From the human T2T-CHM13v2.0 reference genome, Homo sapiens: a stretch of 64,000 nucleotides of DNA. The notes below the pieces were generated by a model. It was not told where the DNA came from. It ran no database searches and saw only the letters and a program-made list of their open reading frames with translations. Below are positions 36,150 through 55,669 of this stretch, in pieces (positions within the stretch are counted from its first letter, which is position 1; each line of letters begins with the position of its first letter). The stretch is from NCBI RefSeq assembly GCF_009914755.1, contig NC_060944.1; one strand, given 5' to 3'. The translations under genes and the position numbers were made by a program.

Positions 36150-36790
36150 AGAGGGTTCCATTCTGCAAGGAATTTGGCAGACTGTACAGTCGGAGGGCAC
36201 AGTCCTCCACAAAACTGCTGCCCTCACTTCAGACATCAGCGACAATATTGGGGGTCCACAGGATGACTCCAGACCAACTGTCTACAAATTTGGGGGCCCC
36301 CACCACCACTCTTAGGTATGATAAGTTACTAGAAGTACTGAGAACTCATTGAAACCTCTTATAGTCACATTTATTCTAGAGAAAGAATGCAAAATAAAAT
36401 CAGCAGAAGGAATAGGTGCACAGGGCAGAGTCTGGGAGGCTCTGAACATCCAGCATTATTGTGGGACAGTACACATTGAGGTCGAGTATCACCAACCAGG
36501 GAAGTCTCTGGTATCTAGGGTTTTTATTGGGGCTTGATCACGTACTGCCCTCTTGGCTGACCTTTTGTCTCCAGTCCTTACTGGAGATTTGAGCTAATGC
36601 CCTTTAGTCTCTAGTTCCTCCAGAGGTCGGAACTGATGCTCCATGTCCCACAGCCTTGACTGTCCAGTGATCAAAGCCTCCAGGCAAACAAAGATATTCC
36701 CAATACGCAGTGCATTCCAAGGGCCTAAACATCACTACCAAGTTGCTGAGGGCAAAGGCCAGACCTCTCTTTTGGTATAATTATAATTTG
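36150..36790 (-). mobile_element. MER21-like LTR
   Basis: Motifs GGGCACAGTCCTCCACAA..CACTTCAGACA and GGGCAAAGGCCAGACCTCTCTTT; boundaries approximate. Confidence 0.6.
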
Positions 36791-38082
36791 AGAACAGATA
36801 TTCCATGGCTCAAAAGTTTTAAAAACTTTTGTTCTGAAGGTATGGTTTAGGTTGCACTGAGCTGAGATCATACCACTGCATTCCAGCTTGGGCGACAGAG
36901 TGTGACTCTGCCTCAAAAAACTAAAACTAAAAATAAATAAAAAAAGATATGCTTTCAACTTAAAATAGTTTTTTCTGCCTACCAACAAATGACCATTTTC
37001 TTTTTAAATGGAGTTACTGCATTTACTTAAATTTATTCAGTTTCCATAAAGGAAGAATGAAGAATTTCATAGATAACATTTTCTTCCTCTTTAGAATTTT
37101 CTAAGAATAGAATTGAAGAAGTCACCTTTCTATAATTTGCTGCCATTTTTTTGTTTCCTCTTAGATGTTTAAAGTTTTATAGCTAAAGTTAGAATTCTGC
37201 TTTAACAACACAGATGACCTAGTTCTATCTAATTTATTTTCAAGACAACAACTTGTTACTGAGCCTATCTTGCAAGTATAACAATTGAGAATCCTCTTTT
37301 TTACATTTTTGGTAGTCTGTTTTATCTGACATTTGTATTCAGTTAAGTGAATACAGGTTTGTTGTTGTTGTTGTTGTTGTTTGAGACAAGGTCTCAGTCT
37401 GTCACCCAGGCTGGAGTGAAGTGACATGATCATGGCTTGCTGCAGCCTTGACCTCCTGGGCTCAAGCAATCCTCCTGCCTCAGCCTCCCAAGTAGCTTGG
37501 ACTATAGGCATGGGCCACCACACCCAGCTTTTTTTTTTTTTTTTTTTTTGGGTAGAGACGGTGTCTCTATGTTGCCCAGGCTGGTGGGAAGTTGTTGCCA
37601 AACACACAAACTGAAATACTTGATTAAAAGATGTCCTGGCAGTATGTAGGAAATACTTTTGGAAGACCTAAAGAGAACGATCAATCTATAGTTGTAGTAG
37701 GAGTAATAACAATTACAACTTGGGCTCACTGTCACTTTTTACCTGTCTCATTTGTTCCTCATCTAGTCTCATAGACATTGTTGTCTCTGTTTTATGGACA
37801 AAGAACCTAAAGTTTAGAGAGATTAAGCAGCTTGTCTAGGGTCACAAGAGTTTTCAAGGTATAAAGATAGGTATTAAGGAGGTGGCATGGAATACTTCAT
37901 AAATAACATATTAGGCCTTGTGTAGTGTCTCAACATCTGTAATCCCAGTGCTTTGAGAGGCCAAAATAGGAGGATCACTTCCGGTCAGGAGTTCAAGACC
38001 AGCCTGGGGAACATAGTGAGACCAGTCTCTACATAAAATTTTATAATTTAACCGGGTGTGGTGGTATACAACTGTAGTCCTA

Positions 38083-38196
<114 letters not shown>

Positions 38197-38249
38197 TTAA
38201 AAGAATCTTTTTTTGAGTTGCCTTAGTAGAAAAACAGTAGATAGATAAT

Positions 38250-39160
38250 ATGGGACAAAAGGAAAGGCTTCATTTGGAGGTGTGGCAGATCATATCTTAT
38301 TTAAGGAAGTGCTGAGTGGCCTACACTGTGAAATCATGGGATTCATGAAAGGGAGTTAGAGGTTTGGGTGCAAAGGGAACATTGAGGCCAGCGTATAGAG
38401 GCTGAGTGAATGCCATATGAAGAACTTTAGATCTTAATCATTGGTAATGGTGGAACAGTGATAGTACTTTACAGAGATAACTAATTTAAATAAGATCTCT
38501 GTTTTAGGATGATACTCTGTTAGCAGTATCAGTATAAGAGCAGGCCTAGAGTGAGATCAGATAAGGAAAACGAGTTAGGTGGCTGTTCAAAAAATGCAGA
38601 AGATGGCTGGGCGCAGTGGCTCACGCCTGTAATTCCAGCACCTTGGAAGGCTGAGGTGGGAGGATCACAAGGTCAGGAGTTCAAACCCAGCCTGGCCAAC
38701 ATGGTGAAACCCTGTCTCTACTAAAAATACAAAAATTAGCTGGGCGTGGGCGTGGTGGCAGGCGCCTGTAGTCCCAGCTGAGGCTGAGGCAGGAGAATCG
38801 CTTGAACCTGGGAGGTGGAGGTTGCAGTGAGCCAAGATATCGTGCCCCTGCACTCCAGCCTGGGCGACAGTGAGACTCCATCTATAAAAAAAAAAAAAAA
38901 AAAAAAAAGCAGGAGAGAAACAAAGCCAGAGAAAGGATGGTGTTGGGGATTGGAAATAGAGATGAACGTGAAGATTTCTAAGGCAGAATGGTTAGAACTT
39001 GGTTAACAAAATGTTTAGGATGAGTCATTAGCTAATGGGGAACATAAGCCAAGTAGACGGCAGAAGACTTGAGTTGTGTTTGATGGACTTTGAGTTTAAC
39101 CTGTTTGTAGGATGTCCACATAGAGATGTCTAGTATACAACTGAATTACTGAACTGAATG
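38250..39160. mobile_element. Probable L2 remnant (split by an Alu); similar purine-rich L2-like tracts at ~7960-8920 and ~11500-13250
   Basis: Purine-rich degenerate motifs such as GGATGTCCACATAGAGATGTCTAGTA; recognised by eye only. Confidence 0.45.
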
Positions 39161-39169
39161 GTTTTCTAA

Positions 39170-39397
<228 letters not shown>

Positions 39398-39789
39398 TAA
39401 GTTTTCTAAACATTGTAGATTAAGAGTAAAATACTAGTCCTTCAGATTTTGATATAAAGATTTGTATTAGCAAGGAGTGGAAGTCTTAGTATTTCTTGAG
39501 TTAGCTTGACAATAGGTTTCTGTTCATTAAGTATTTTGCATTTCCATCTCCCTCTTGGATATTTTATCCTAGAGATTTTCATATTTGTTACCATTTGTTC
39601 ACACAGCACTAAATGAAACTATTTAGAATTTATAGGTATTGTACTGCTTACCAATTAGTCTCTGATTTCTGATTTTCAGCTTCTTTCATTCCCTTAACTT
39701 TTTGACGTTAAAAAAGCTCTCATTACTTATCCCCCACCCCATTTCTGAGAAAGTAACCTTTTGATTTGCTTATGTGCTTTATGACTTCT

Positions 39790-43560
<3,771 letters not shown>

Positions 43561-43869
43561 GTGTGGCTTTCTTAGAGCAAAGATGGTTCCCTATTACTTT
43601 CTAATTTTATACTTCTACACATTAACAACTTTTATATTTAAAGCAGAAACTGGAAAATCAGGCCAATTTGGTATTAATGAAATTACAGAGGTAATTTAGA
43701 TATGGGAATAAATTACCGATAATATTATTCTATCATTCATTTTAGTTACAATAAGTTTGGGTGCATATAATAGAAAACACTAAAATAATAGTGGTTTATG
43801 TAAGATAGAAGTGTATTTGTCCCCATTATTTAAAAATAGTCCAGCAGGACTTACACCACATCATTACCA

Positions 43870-46190
<2,321 letters not shown>

Positions 46191-46397
46191 AAGAGGGAGA
46201 TAATGCAGTGGTATTAAGTCCAAGGCTAGCTGAGAAACCCCATGGTGTCATAGTGATCTAAAATTCTTCTGTCTTTTCTACCATCCTAGAGTATGGTCTC
46301 ATTCTTCAAAGTGACCTCATGGTCTGTGACAGCTGCTGAAACTTAAGCTATCAGGGTCACACTCCAGGCTGGAATTTGGAGGAAGGGCAAATTATAA

Positions 46398-46429
46398 ACA
46401 CACACACACACACACACACACTCACACAC
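46398..46429. repeat. (CA)n microsatellite
   Basis: Seen directly. Confidence 0.9.
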
Positions 46430-47201
46430 TTTTTAGCTATTTTAGCTGTCTTTTAGAAAATCCTTCCTTTTTTTTTTTAGACGGAGTCTAGCTTTGTCAC
46501 CCTTGCTGGAGTGCAGTGGTGCAATCTCAGCTCACTGCAGCCTTGACCTCTGAGGTTCAAGTGATTCTCCTGCCTCAGCCTCCCAAGTAGATGGGATTAG
46601 AGGCACCTGCCACCACACCCGGCTAATTTTTATAATTTTTAGTAGAGACAGAGTTTCAACATGTTGGTCAGGCTGGTCTCAAACTCCTGACCTCAGATGA
46701 TCCACCCGCCTCAGCCTCCCAAAGTGCTGGGATTTATAGGTGTGAACCACTGCACCTGGCCAAAAAGATCCTTCTTGAACGTTTCATATGCCACTTTCAC
46801 TTAGAGACTTAAGTCACATGGCCATATAGAGAAATGTAGTCTTTATTATATGTAGCATTCTACTTAGTTAAATAGCAAGGGTTTTACTTAAAGATAAAGG
46901 AGGGAATTGATGTTGGGATAGACAGCATTCTCAGATAGAAACCCCTTTACTTAGCCCTCTTAGATTTGGCAGCATAGAAAAGAAAATCCCACAACAGTAG
47001 TTTCAACAAAATCAAAGTTTTTTGTTTGTTTTTTCTGTTACTTAAAAGTATTCTTGGGGAAATATCTCTCAAAAAGCAAAGAATGGTTTTGTTAGGAATA
47101 TGCTATATTTTTGAATTTGGTTAGTAAGTGCTGAGAGAGGGTGGGATATTTTGCTTTCCTTCAGCATTATCTTTTACAAGCAGCTATATATGTCCTGTTA
47201 A

Positions 47202-47369
<168 letters not shown>

Positions 47370-47736
47370 TAACTCACAGAAAAACAGGTAAAATGGGAAG
47401 CATTAGAATCTCTTTCATCTATTTTTAGAGCAAATAAATAGATTTATCAATTAGATCATTTGTGACTTTGGTTATTCAGAAAATTAAACCTCATGTAATC
47501 CCAGCACTTGGGGAGGCCGAGGTGGGCAGATCACTTGAGCTCAGGAGTTCAGGACCAGTCTGGGCAACATATTGAGGCCTTACCTCTGTAAATATATATA
47601 TATATATATTTCTTTTTTTTAAAGAAGAAAATTAAACTTGAAACCATCTGAATAAGCAAACATTGTCACTTTTTCCTCAGTAGCCATTACTTTCAGATTG
47701 CAGGAATCTTCAAATGTAAGTAAAAGCATTTTCTGA

Positions 47737-47973
<237 letters not shown>

Positions 47974-48595
47974 TGAACTCCTGGATTCAAATGATCCTCC
48001 TGCCTCATCTTCCCCAAGTGCTGGGATTACAGGCATAAACCAGCATGCCCGGACACCAGCCATTTTTATATCTATCGTTTGATATAACTGACTTTGATAG
48101 ATAAATACATGTTCATACATACATGAACATGTCCATACATAGATGTTATATTCAGTGTTTTTTTCAGATGTGATCAACTATTTCTTATGTATAGATATTT
48201 ACTGGAATTAATGATTTTTTATGGGTTCTAAATCAAATGAATGCCCTAGTCAAAGTTACTGTGATGAATATTTTTACACTTGAAACTCTTGTAATTAACT
48301 GGACCCATGGAAGCAAGAAGAATCTGGATTAACTGTTGGAAAATAAGATTAAGTAAAGATTTATTTGACACATTATTAAGTAAGCAGTGTGCATATGAGA
48401 TCAATCTTGTGGTTCTTCTGTTTGCATATATTAATCTGTAATTAGCATGAATACTCACAGATGCATTGGTAAACATTATTGAATATAAATTTATATTCAT
48501 AGTCTACTTGTTTCTGTAAGGAAAGATAAAAGTAAATAAAACTTTCCCCTTTTGATTTTTTTGATAGGCTATTTTAATGATGAGAGTTGACTTAA

Positions 48596-48724
<129 letters not shown>

Positions 48725-48841
48725 TAGCTTAGGACCCGCTTTTGGTGCTGTCAGTTTAATCTGAATGGTTTGGAACTTCTTGAGTTGAAGTCCTTGAATT
48801 TTTCAAGTGCGATCTCATTGCCAGCCACCTTAGGGCTTAAG

Positions 48842-48843
<2 letters not shown>

Positions 48844-48889
<46 letters not shown>

Positions 48890-49031
48890 CAGGTTTCCAT
48901 TTCTAAACTGGTATGATTTGAAATAAATGCATAGGTAAGATAATAGGTTTGTGTGTGTGTGTGTGTGTTTCAGGTTTCCATTTCTAAACTGGTATGATTT
49001 GAAATAAATGCATAGGTAAGATAATAGGTTT
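48844..49031. repeat. (GT)22 microsatellite plus an 81-bp tandem duplication (second copy carries (GT)9)
   Basis: TTCAGGTTTCCATTTCTAAACTGGTATGATTTGAAATAAATGCATAGGTAAGATAATAGGTTT occurs twice, identically. Confidence 0.95.
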
Positions 49032-49223
49032 TTGGTAGCCAAAGGTCTGGAAATACCCATATGAACATTATCAGATTGTAGAAAGGAGAGGGGAAGACTT
49101 GTTTTAACACTTCAGTATTACTTGGATTTTTACAATAAGCGTATGTTACTCTTAACAGGAAAAAAAGTGGTCATTGGTGACAGTATCTAAAAAAAGATAT
49201 ATATGAGTTTTCAGAAGTAGTCA

Positions 49224-49325
<102 letters not shown>

Positions 49326-49441
49326 TCACCTGAGGTCAGGAGTTTGAGACCAGCCTGGCCAAGATGGTGAAACCTTGTCTCTATTAAAAATATAAAAATT
49401 AGCTGGGCCTGGTGGCTGATGCCTGTAATCCTGTAAAGCTA

Positions 49442-49537
<96 letters not shown>

Positions 49538-51339
49538 TCAATTTAAAAAAAAAAAAAAAAAAAAAAAAACTTGAGTTAGTCTACTATTCGCCTTTATCTT
49601 GCAGATATTACTAATAACCTACTGCAACTAAATGTTAAAATGATTGTGTTATGTAGAAGATTAAAATAACTAGTGAAAAAATGTCTTAAAATGAAAACAT
49701 CTGGTTAGTCCTTGTTTTATAGCCAGATGTGGAAGTGATTATTTTCAAGCACCAGTGGTATTGTAGCAACTACAGCTTCAAGAAGTACGGAATTGAATGC
49801 AAAGGGAAAAGAGGTTGAGACAGTTGGTGGTAGCTGGCTACTTGCTTTCAGAATCAGTTTTTTTCATTTCCTAATGGAACGTCAGTTATTGACATTAAAG
49901 GAAAAAGCCAGTTGGCATCCTGCTATGTAGGAGCAGAAAACTTTTTAGTGGGAAGTGGAGCTTTACTGAGGCCATTTAGAGAATTATGAGTCATCCCCTT
50001 GATCTGATGTAAGTGTCACAGGCCATTCCCCACCCTAGTCCTTGCCCATTTCTAATTTTATGTTCATAACCACCCTTTTATCACTCTGTTGGACGAGTTT
50101 CTTGAAGCAACTTGCTTACCTCTTACCAGTCCTGGAAAGATGCAAAACATGATTAAACTGTTCCTTTATCTTTTGACTTTGAAACCTAAAGTCTTTTGCA
50201 AAATAACTGACTAGATGGTTCTAAAACAGTTTTTAAAGCTGTCACCCTAGATTTGACATCCATCAAATAACTGGTTAATAAAAATATAAGAGAACAATTT
50301 GATTGCTTAAAGGTAACAAAACTAATTGCAAAATTAGCATCAGATTTTCTTTGGATAGTTGTTGGATAAAATTGCTCTGGGATAGTGTTTCTTCTGTTAA
50401 CACAGCACAACTGGTTATGGGGGAAAGTACAGGAGAAAACAATTTTTTTTCCTTCATATTAGACATTTGTTAAAAGGAATTTTTTTTTAACTTTTATGGA
50501 TTTATTTATAGTAAAGATAAGGATACAAATGTCTTCCACACATATGTGGTAATCTGTGGTGCTCGCCACTCCCTCCCTCCTGGGACTGACACACTGCAGC
50601 CCACGCTGCTCACCCTGGAGCCCCATCCTTGCATGAGAGAATGGCGCCACCTGGGGCTGTGCGACCTGTCAGCCTGCTCATTCCCTTCTCCAGCTCAGGA
50701 CAGAGAAACACAATTCATTCATAAGGTTTCCATTCTGTTATAGGCAGAGATTTAGAAATCAGCATTGTTTTTCAAAGAGTACAAAGTTAAACCATTCTGC
50801 TTAGAAAAGAATAAACCCATCCAATCATTTTTCCTCTAGTTGAGTCAAAACAGAGATCAAACTTCTTTGATAGTGTTATGTCTGTGTTCAGACTTAGACT
50901 TCAGAATCAAAATTTTGAAATATTTATGAGGTTAATAACTATCTTTGAAGTTAAGCAGTTTACTGAGCAATTAAATATTTTTGTCCATACACATTCAGAT
51001 TTAACTACTGCTATAAATTGTCGTAATTTCTCCAGTTTCAGTCTGAACATAATAGCTTATAGTAATAAGACACAGGTTCTAGTACAGATTTTCCAATTAG
51101 TGGTATGGCCCTAAACAAGCCAGGTTAGATCTCTGCCTTCACCTACATCAAACAGGAATAATAATATATTTCCTTAACCTATCTTCTAGGTAAACAGATG
51201 AGATTATATGAAAACATTTTGCTAAAGTCGCTAAACAAACATAAGAAAAAATATGTAAGGTTTTTCTATCACATTAACTATTTTTTAATATCTGACTGAC
51301 ATTTTTGTAATATAACCAAAATAAAAATTGCATACTTTC

Positions 51340-52930
51340 TTTTTTTTTTCTTTTATTGATCATTCTTGGGTGTTTCTCGCAGAGGGGGATTTGGCAGGGT
51401 CATAGGACAATAGTGGAGGGAAGGTCAGCAGATAAACAAGTGAACAAAGGTCCCTAGTTCTCCTAGGCAGAGGACCCTGCGGCCTTCCGCAGTGTTTGTG
51501 TCCCTGGGTACTTGAGATTAGGGAGTGGTGATGACTCTTAACGAGCATGCTGTCTTCAAGCATCTGTTTAACAAAGCACATCTTGCACCGCCCTTAATCC
51601 ATTTAACCATGAGTGGACGCAGCACATGTTTCAGAGAGCACAGGGTTGGGGGTAAGGTCACAGATCAACAGGATCCCAAGGCAGAAGAATTATTCTTAGT
51701 ACAGAACAAAATGAAAAGTCTCCCATGTATACTTCTTTCTGCACAGACACGGCAACCATCCGATTTCTCAATCCTTTACCCACCCTTCCCCCCTTTCTAT
51801 TCCACAAAACCGCCATTGTCATCATGGCCCGTTCTCAATGAGCTGTTGGGTACACCTCCCAGACGGGGTGGTGGCCTGGCAGAGGGGCTCCTCACTTCCC
51901 AGTAGGGGCGGCCGGGCAGAGGCACCCCGCACCTCCAGGACAGGGCGGCTGGCCGGGCGGGGGGGCTGACCCCCCCACCTCCCTCCCGGACAGGGTGGCT
52001 GCCGGGTGGAGACGCTCCTCACTTCCCAGACGGGGCGGCTGCCGGGCGGAGGGGCTCCTCACTTCTCAGACGGGGCGGTTGCCAGGCAGAGGGTCTCCTC
52101 ACTTCTCAGACGGGGTGGCTGGGCAGAGATGCTCCTCACCTCCCAGACGGGGTCGCGGCTGGGCAGAGGCGCTCCTCACATCCCAGACGGGGCGGCGGGG
52201 CAGAGGCGCTCCCCACATCCCAGACCATGGGCGGCCGGGCAGAGACGCTCCTCACTTCCTAGATGTGATGGCGGCCGGGAAGAGGCGCTCCTCACTCCTA
52301 GATGGGATGGCGGCCGGGCAGAGACGCTCCTCACTTTCCAGACTGGGCAGCCAGGCAGAGGGGCTCCTCACATCCCAGACGATGGGCGGCCAGGCAGAGA
52401 TGCTCCTCACTTCCCAGACGTGGTGGCGGCCGGGCAGAGGCTGCAATCTCGGCACTTTGGGAGGCCAAGGCAGGCGGCTGGGAGGTGGAGGTTGTAGCTA
52501 GCCGAGATCACGCCACTGCACTCCAGCCTGGGCACCATTGAGCACTGAGTGAACGAGACTCCGTCTGCAATCCCGGCACCTCGGGAGGCCAAGGCTGGCG
52601 GATCACTCGCGGTTAGGAGCTGGAGACCGGCCCGGCCAACACATCGAAATCCCGTCTCCACCAAAAAAATACGAAAACCAGTCAGGCGTGGCGGCGCGTG
52701 CCTGCAATCGTAGGCACTGGGCAGGCTGAGGCAGGAGAATCAGGCAGGGAGGTTGCAGTGAGCCGAGATGGCAGCAGTACAGTCCAGCTTCGGCTCGGCA
52801 TCAGAGGGAGACCGTGGAAAGAGAGGGAGAGCGAGACCGTGGGGAGAGGGAGACGGGAGAGGCAGAGGCAGGGGCAGGGGCAGGGGCAGGGGCAGGGGCA
52901 GGCAGAGGCAGGCAGAGGCAGAGGCAGAGC
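51340..52930 (-). mobile_element. Full-length SVA retrotransposon (hexamer ~52810-52930, Alu-like ~52445-52810, VNTR ~51860-52445, SINE-R and poly(A) ~51340-51860)
   Basis: All four SVA modules in order on the - strand; TSD TGCATACTTTC at 51329-51339 and 52931-52941. Confidence 0.96.
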
Positions 52931-53459
52931 TGCATACTTTCAAGAATGACAAAATTTAGTAGTTATACAAGGTGAATTAAAATAGTAAAGCTAGTCATAA
53001 TACAGAATCCACTCATCCATGTACTCATTTTATCACTTAAATAATAATTATAAAAATAGGTAAAATTCCATGAAAATATTCCTATTTGTTCTAGTTCAGG
53101 AGGTCTTGCCCACATCAATGGATTGTCTGGCATCAGCCACTGTTTCAGGCACTCGAACAGTCATATTGTCCATAGATTTTGTCAAACAGATTTGGCAGCC
53201 CAACTGTGATCTGTTAGTCCATATGCCAGATCGAGCATGTGATTCTCCTCATCAGTGATTGCATCTAACTTCTCATATATGTGATCTTCAAAGATGAGAT
53301 GACAGGTTAAACAAGCCAGAGTTCCCTCACATGCACCAAAGCCATCAATATCTGGATTATTTTCAACCACAACGTCTAGCAGAGAATCACCAACTTTTCC
53401 TTTGGTTGTTAATGTTTCACCATCACAGTTTATAAAGTGGACTGTCACTTTATCTTCTG

Positions 53460-53665
53460 AGCTGCTCCGCGCCCCTGCCGACACGCTCAGCGGCCGGCTC
53501 GCCTCCGCGCTCCGGCCCGGTCCCCGGCTCCTCAGCAGGCCGCTGGCTCCAGCGCGGGACCCGGCGTGGTGCAGCCACCGGCCGGCCGGGTCGCCGAGGA
53601 CCGCAGAAGCGGCGCGCAGCAGCCGGGCGCCCCCAGCGGCAGCCATCGCCCGCGGTCGGGAACTC
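53460..53665. promoter_or_regulatory. CpG-island-like segment (5' end of the FDX1 retrocopy)
   Basis: About 30 CpGs in ~200 bp by hand count, very GC-rich; regulatory activity not shown. Confidence 0.55.
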
Positions 53666-54419
53666 AAAAGGAATTATTTAAAGATAGTTTTAACCTTGTG
53701 ACATTTCTCATTTGCGTTGCTGTATACCTAGCCTATACTATTTGTAGAATACTTGGCATAAACGTACATATGTCATAAGCATTGAAGTTTTTTGTTACAT
53801 CTGGGATTTTCTGGCTTGAGTGGGATGTGAATTCATAAATGTGATGGTTTTGTGGGGGAACTGAGAGAACTTGGCATAAACAGGTATACTTACTGATCCT
53901 CTCTGGATATTTAAGTGTGGTAATTCATTCTTATCACTCAATAAAGTATAGGCATTATATCAACTTCTCCCTTTCCATGTTCTTCTGTATTTTTTTGTAA
54001 GAGTAATTGATATATGCAGTGCTATACACACACAATTTTGGTCAAATAATTTGTTTTACGTGGCAGGAAACCAAATGACCTATTGATTGTAGCTCAGTAA
54101 TGTACTGTCCTTCAAATATGAAGATGATCCTATTAACCACCTATAGTGGGACACAAAATTTGAGTAGTTTTTGTAGGTAGTTATCGGTTGCCGCTGAGAA
54201 TGAGTTTCCAAAGTTAACTGGGTCTCTCTGCAGCTACTGGTTTTCATTTCTCGGTTAGCCAGTTAGCTGTTACGTGTACCTTTGGCTATGAGTCAAAACC
54301 AAACCTAATAACCAAACCACAAAAACCCCACCCAACCTCTGACCATGCCCATCTATGTTCTAAGTAATTGATACAGGCAACATTATAAGTCAATAGTAGC
54401 ATCATTAAAAATAAAATCA

Positions 54420-54776
<357 letters not shown>

Positions 54777-54943
54777 TTACTATAATGTATTTTCTGTATG
54801 TGTGGTTTTGACTAGACCATGAACACCTTTCTGTGTCATGGGAGATTTCAGTTACCTATAACGAAGGAGATGTCAAACCTAGAAGTGGTAGACAGTGTTT
54901 CAATAGCTTTTTTCACCAATTATTTTACTTTATTTTTTTTTAG

Positions 54944-55033
<90 letters not shown>

Positions 55034-55669
55034 TAGTGATAATATGAATACTCAGAACTTAGTTCCTTTCCTCCAAAGGTACCATTGCACTTCGCTTGCA
55101 AGTATTATTTTCTCAATCTTATATTTTAGGAAAATGAAATATGTCAAATTATTATACCTTTATTATGCTGTAGCTACAGAATTTCAAAAAACATTTAATT
55201 CAGCACTTTCTATGTCATGTACAGCTGATTGATTTCACCCACATCACTCATTTAATCTTCAGGGTAACCTTGTGATACAGAATTTTATAGGATGATGAAG
55301 AGGCTTAGAGACTCACCTAAGGCACATAATAAATTGTAGAGCCTGGATGCAAGCTTTGTATCATTTAACCAGTAGCCAGTGTTAAGTCTACCACCTCTTA
55401 TATCTGTTCCACAGAAAACACAAGGCCTTATAGTGATCAGGTCATTTTCCCCACCACAGATTACTGATACAGGTAATAGTTACTCAGTTTCCAACTGAGA
55501 TTAGTATATTTGTCATGAAAATATAGAAGGTTGTACAAAATAGGAGTTGAAAGTCTTAATTCTGCTTTCTTCATATTGGAGCTTAATATTGGACCCTAGA
55601 AGATAGTCTCTAATGAGAATTGCTTTGCTTATTCCATGATAATATATCACACCAGGTTAAAAATTTGCG

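Larger units (their letters stand above)
50482..53665 (-). pseudogene. FDX1P1: Processed pseudogene of ferredoxin 1 (adrenodoxin): CDS remnant 53646-53096, long 3'UTR interrupted by an SVA
   Basis: Intronless [18 protein letters not shown]...[12 protein letters not shown]...SIDVGKTS*; 4-nt frameshift near 53211; AATAAA (- strand) at 50501-50506, short poly(A), TSD AAAAGGAATT at 50472-50481 and 53666-53675. Confidence 0.92.

Noticed and set aside
48069-48132. Small inverted repeats (ACATGTTCAT/ATGAACATGT; TATCTATC/GATAGATA)
   Set aside because: Short and AT-rich, with no supporting context
51360-52959. ORFs of 126-168 aa with LLTSQTG repeats and RGRGRG/QGQG runs
   Set aside because: Translations of the SVA SINE-R, VNTR and hexamer modules
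50482-53665. Hypothesis that the FDX1 sequence is an SVA 5' transduction
   Set aside because: The SVA has its own TSD, and the retrocopy's 3'UTR, poly(A) and TSD continue on the other side of it
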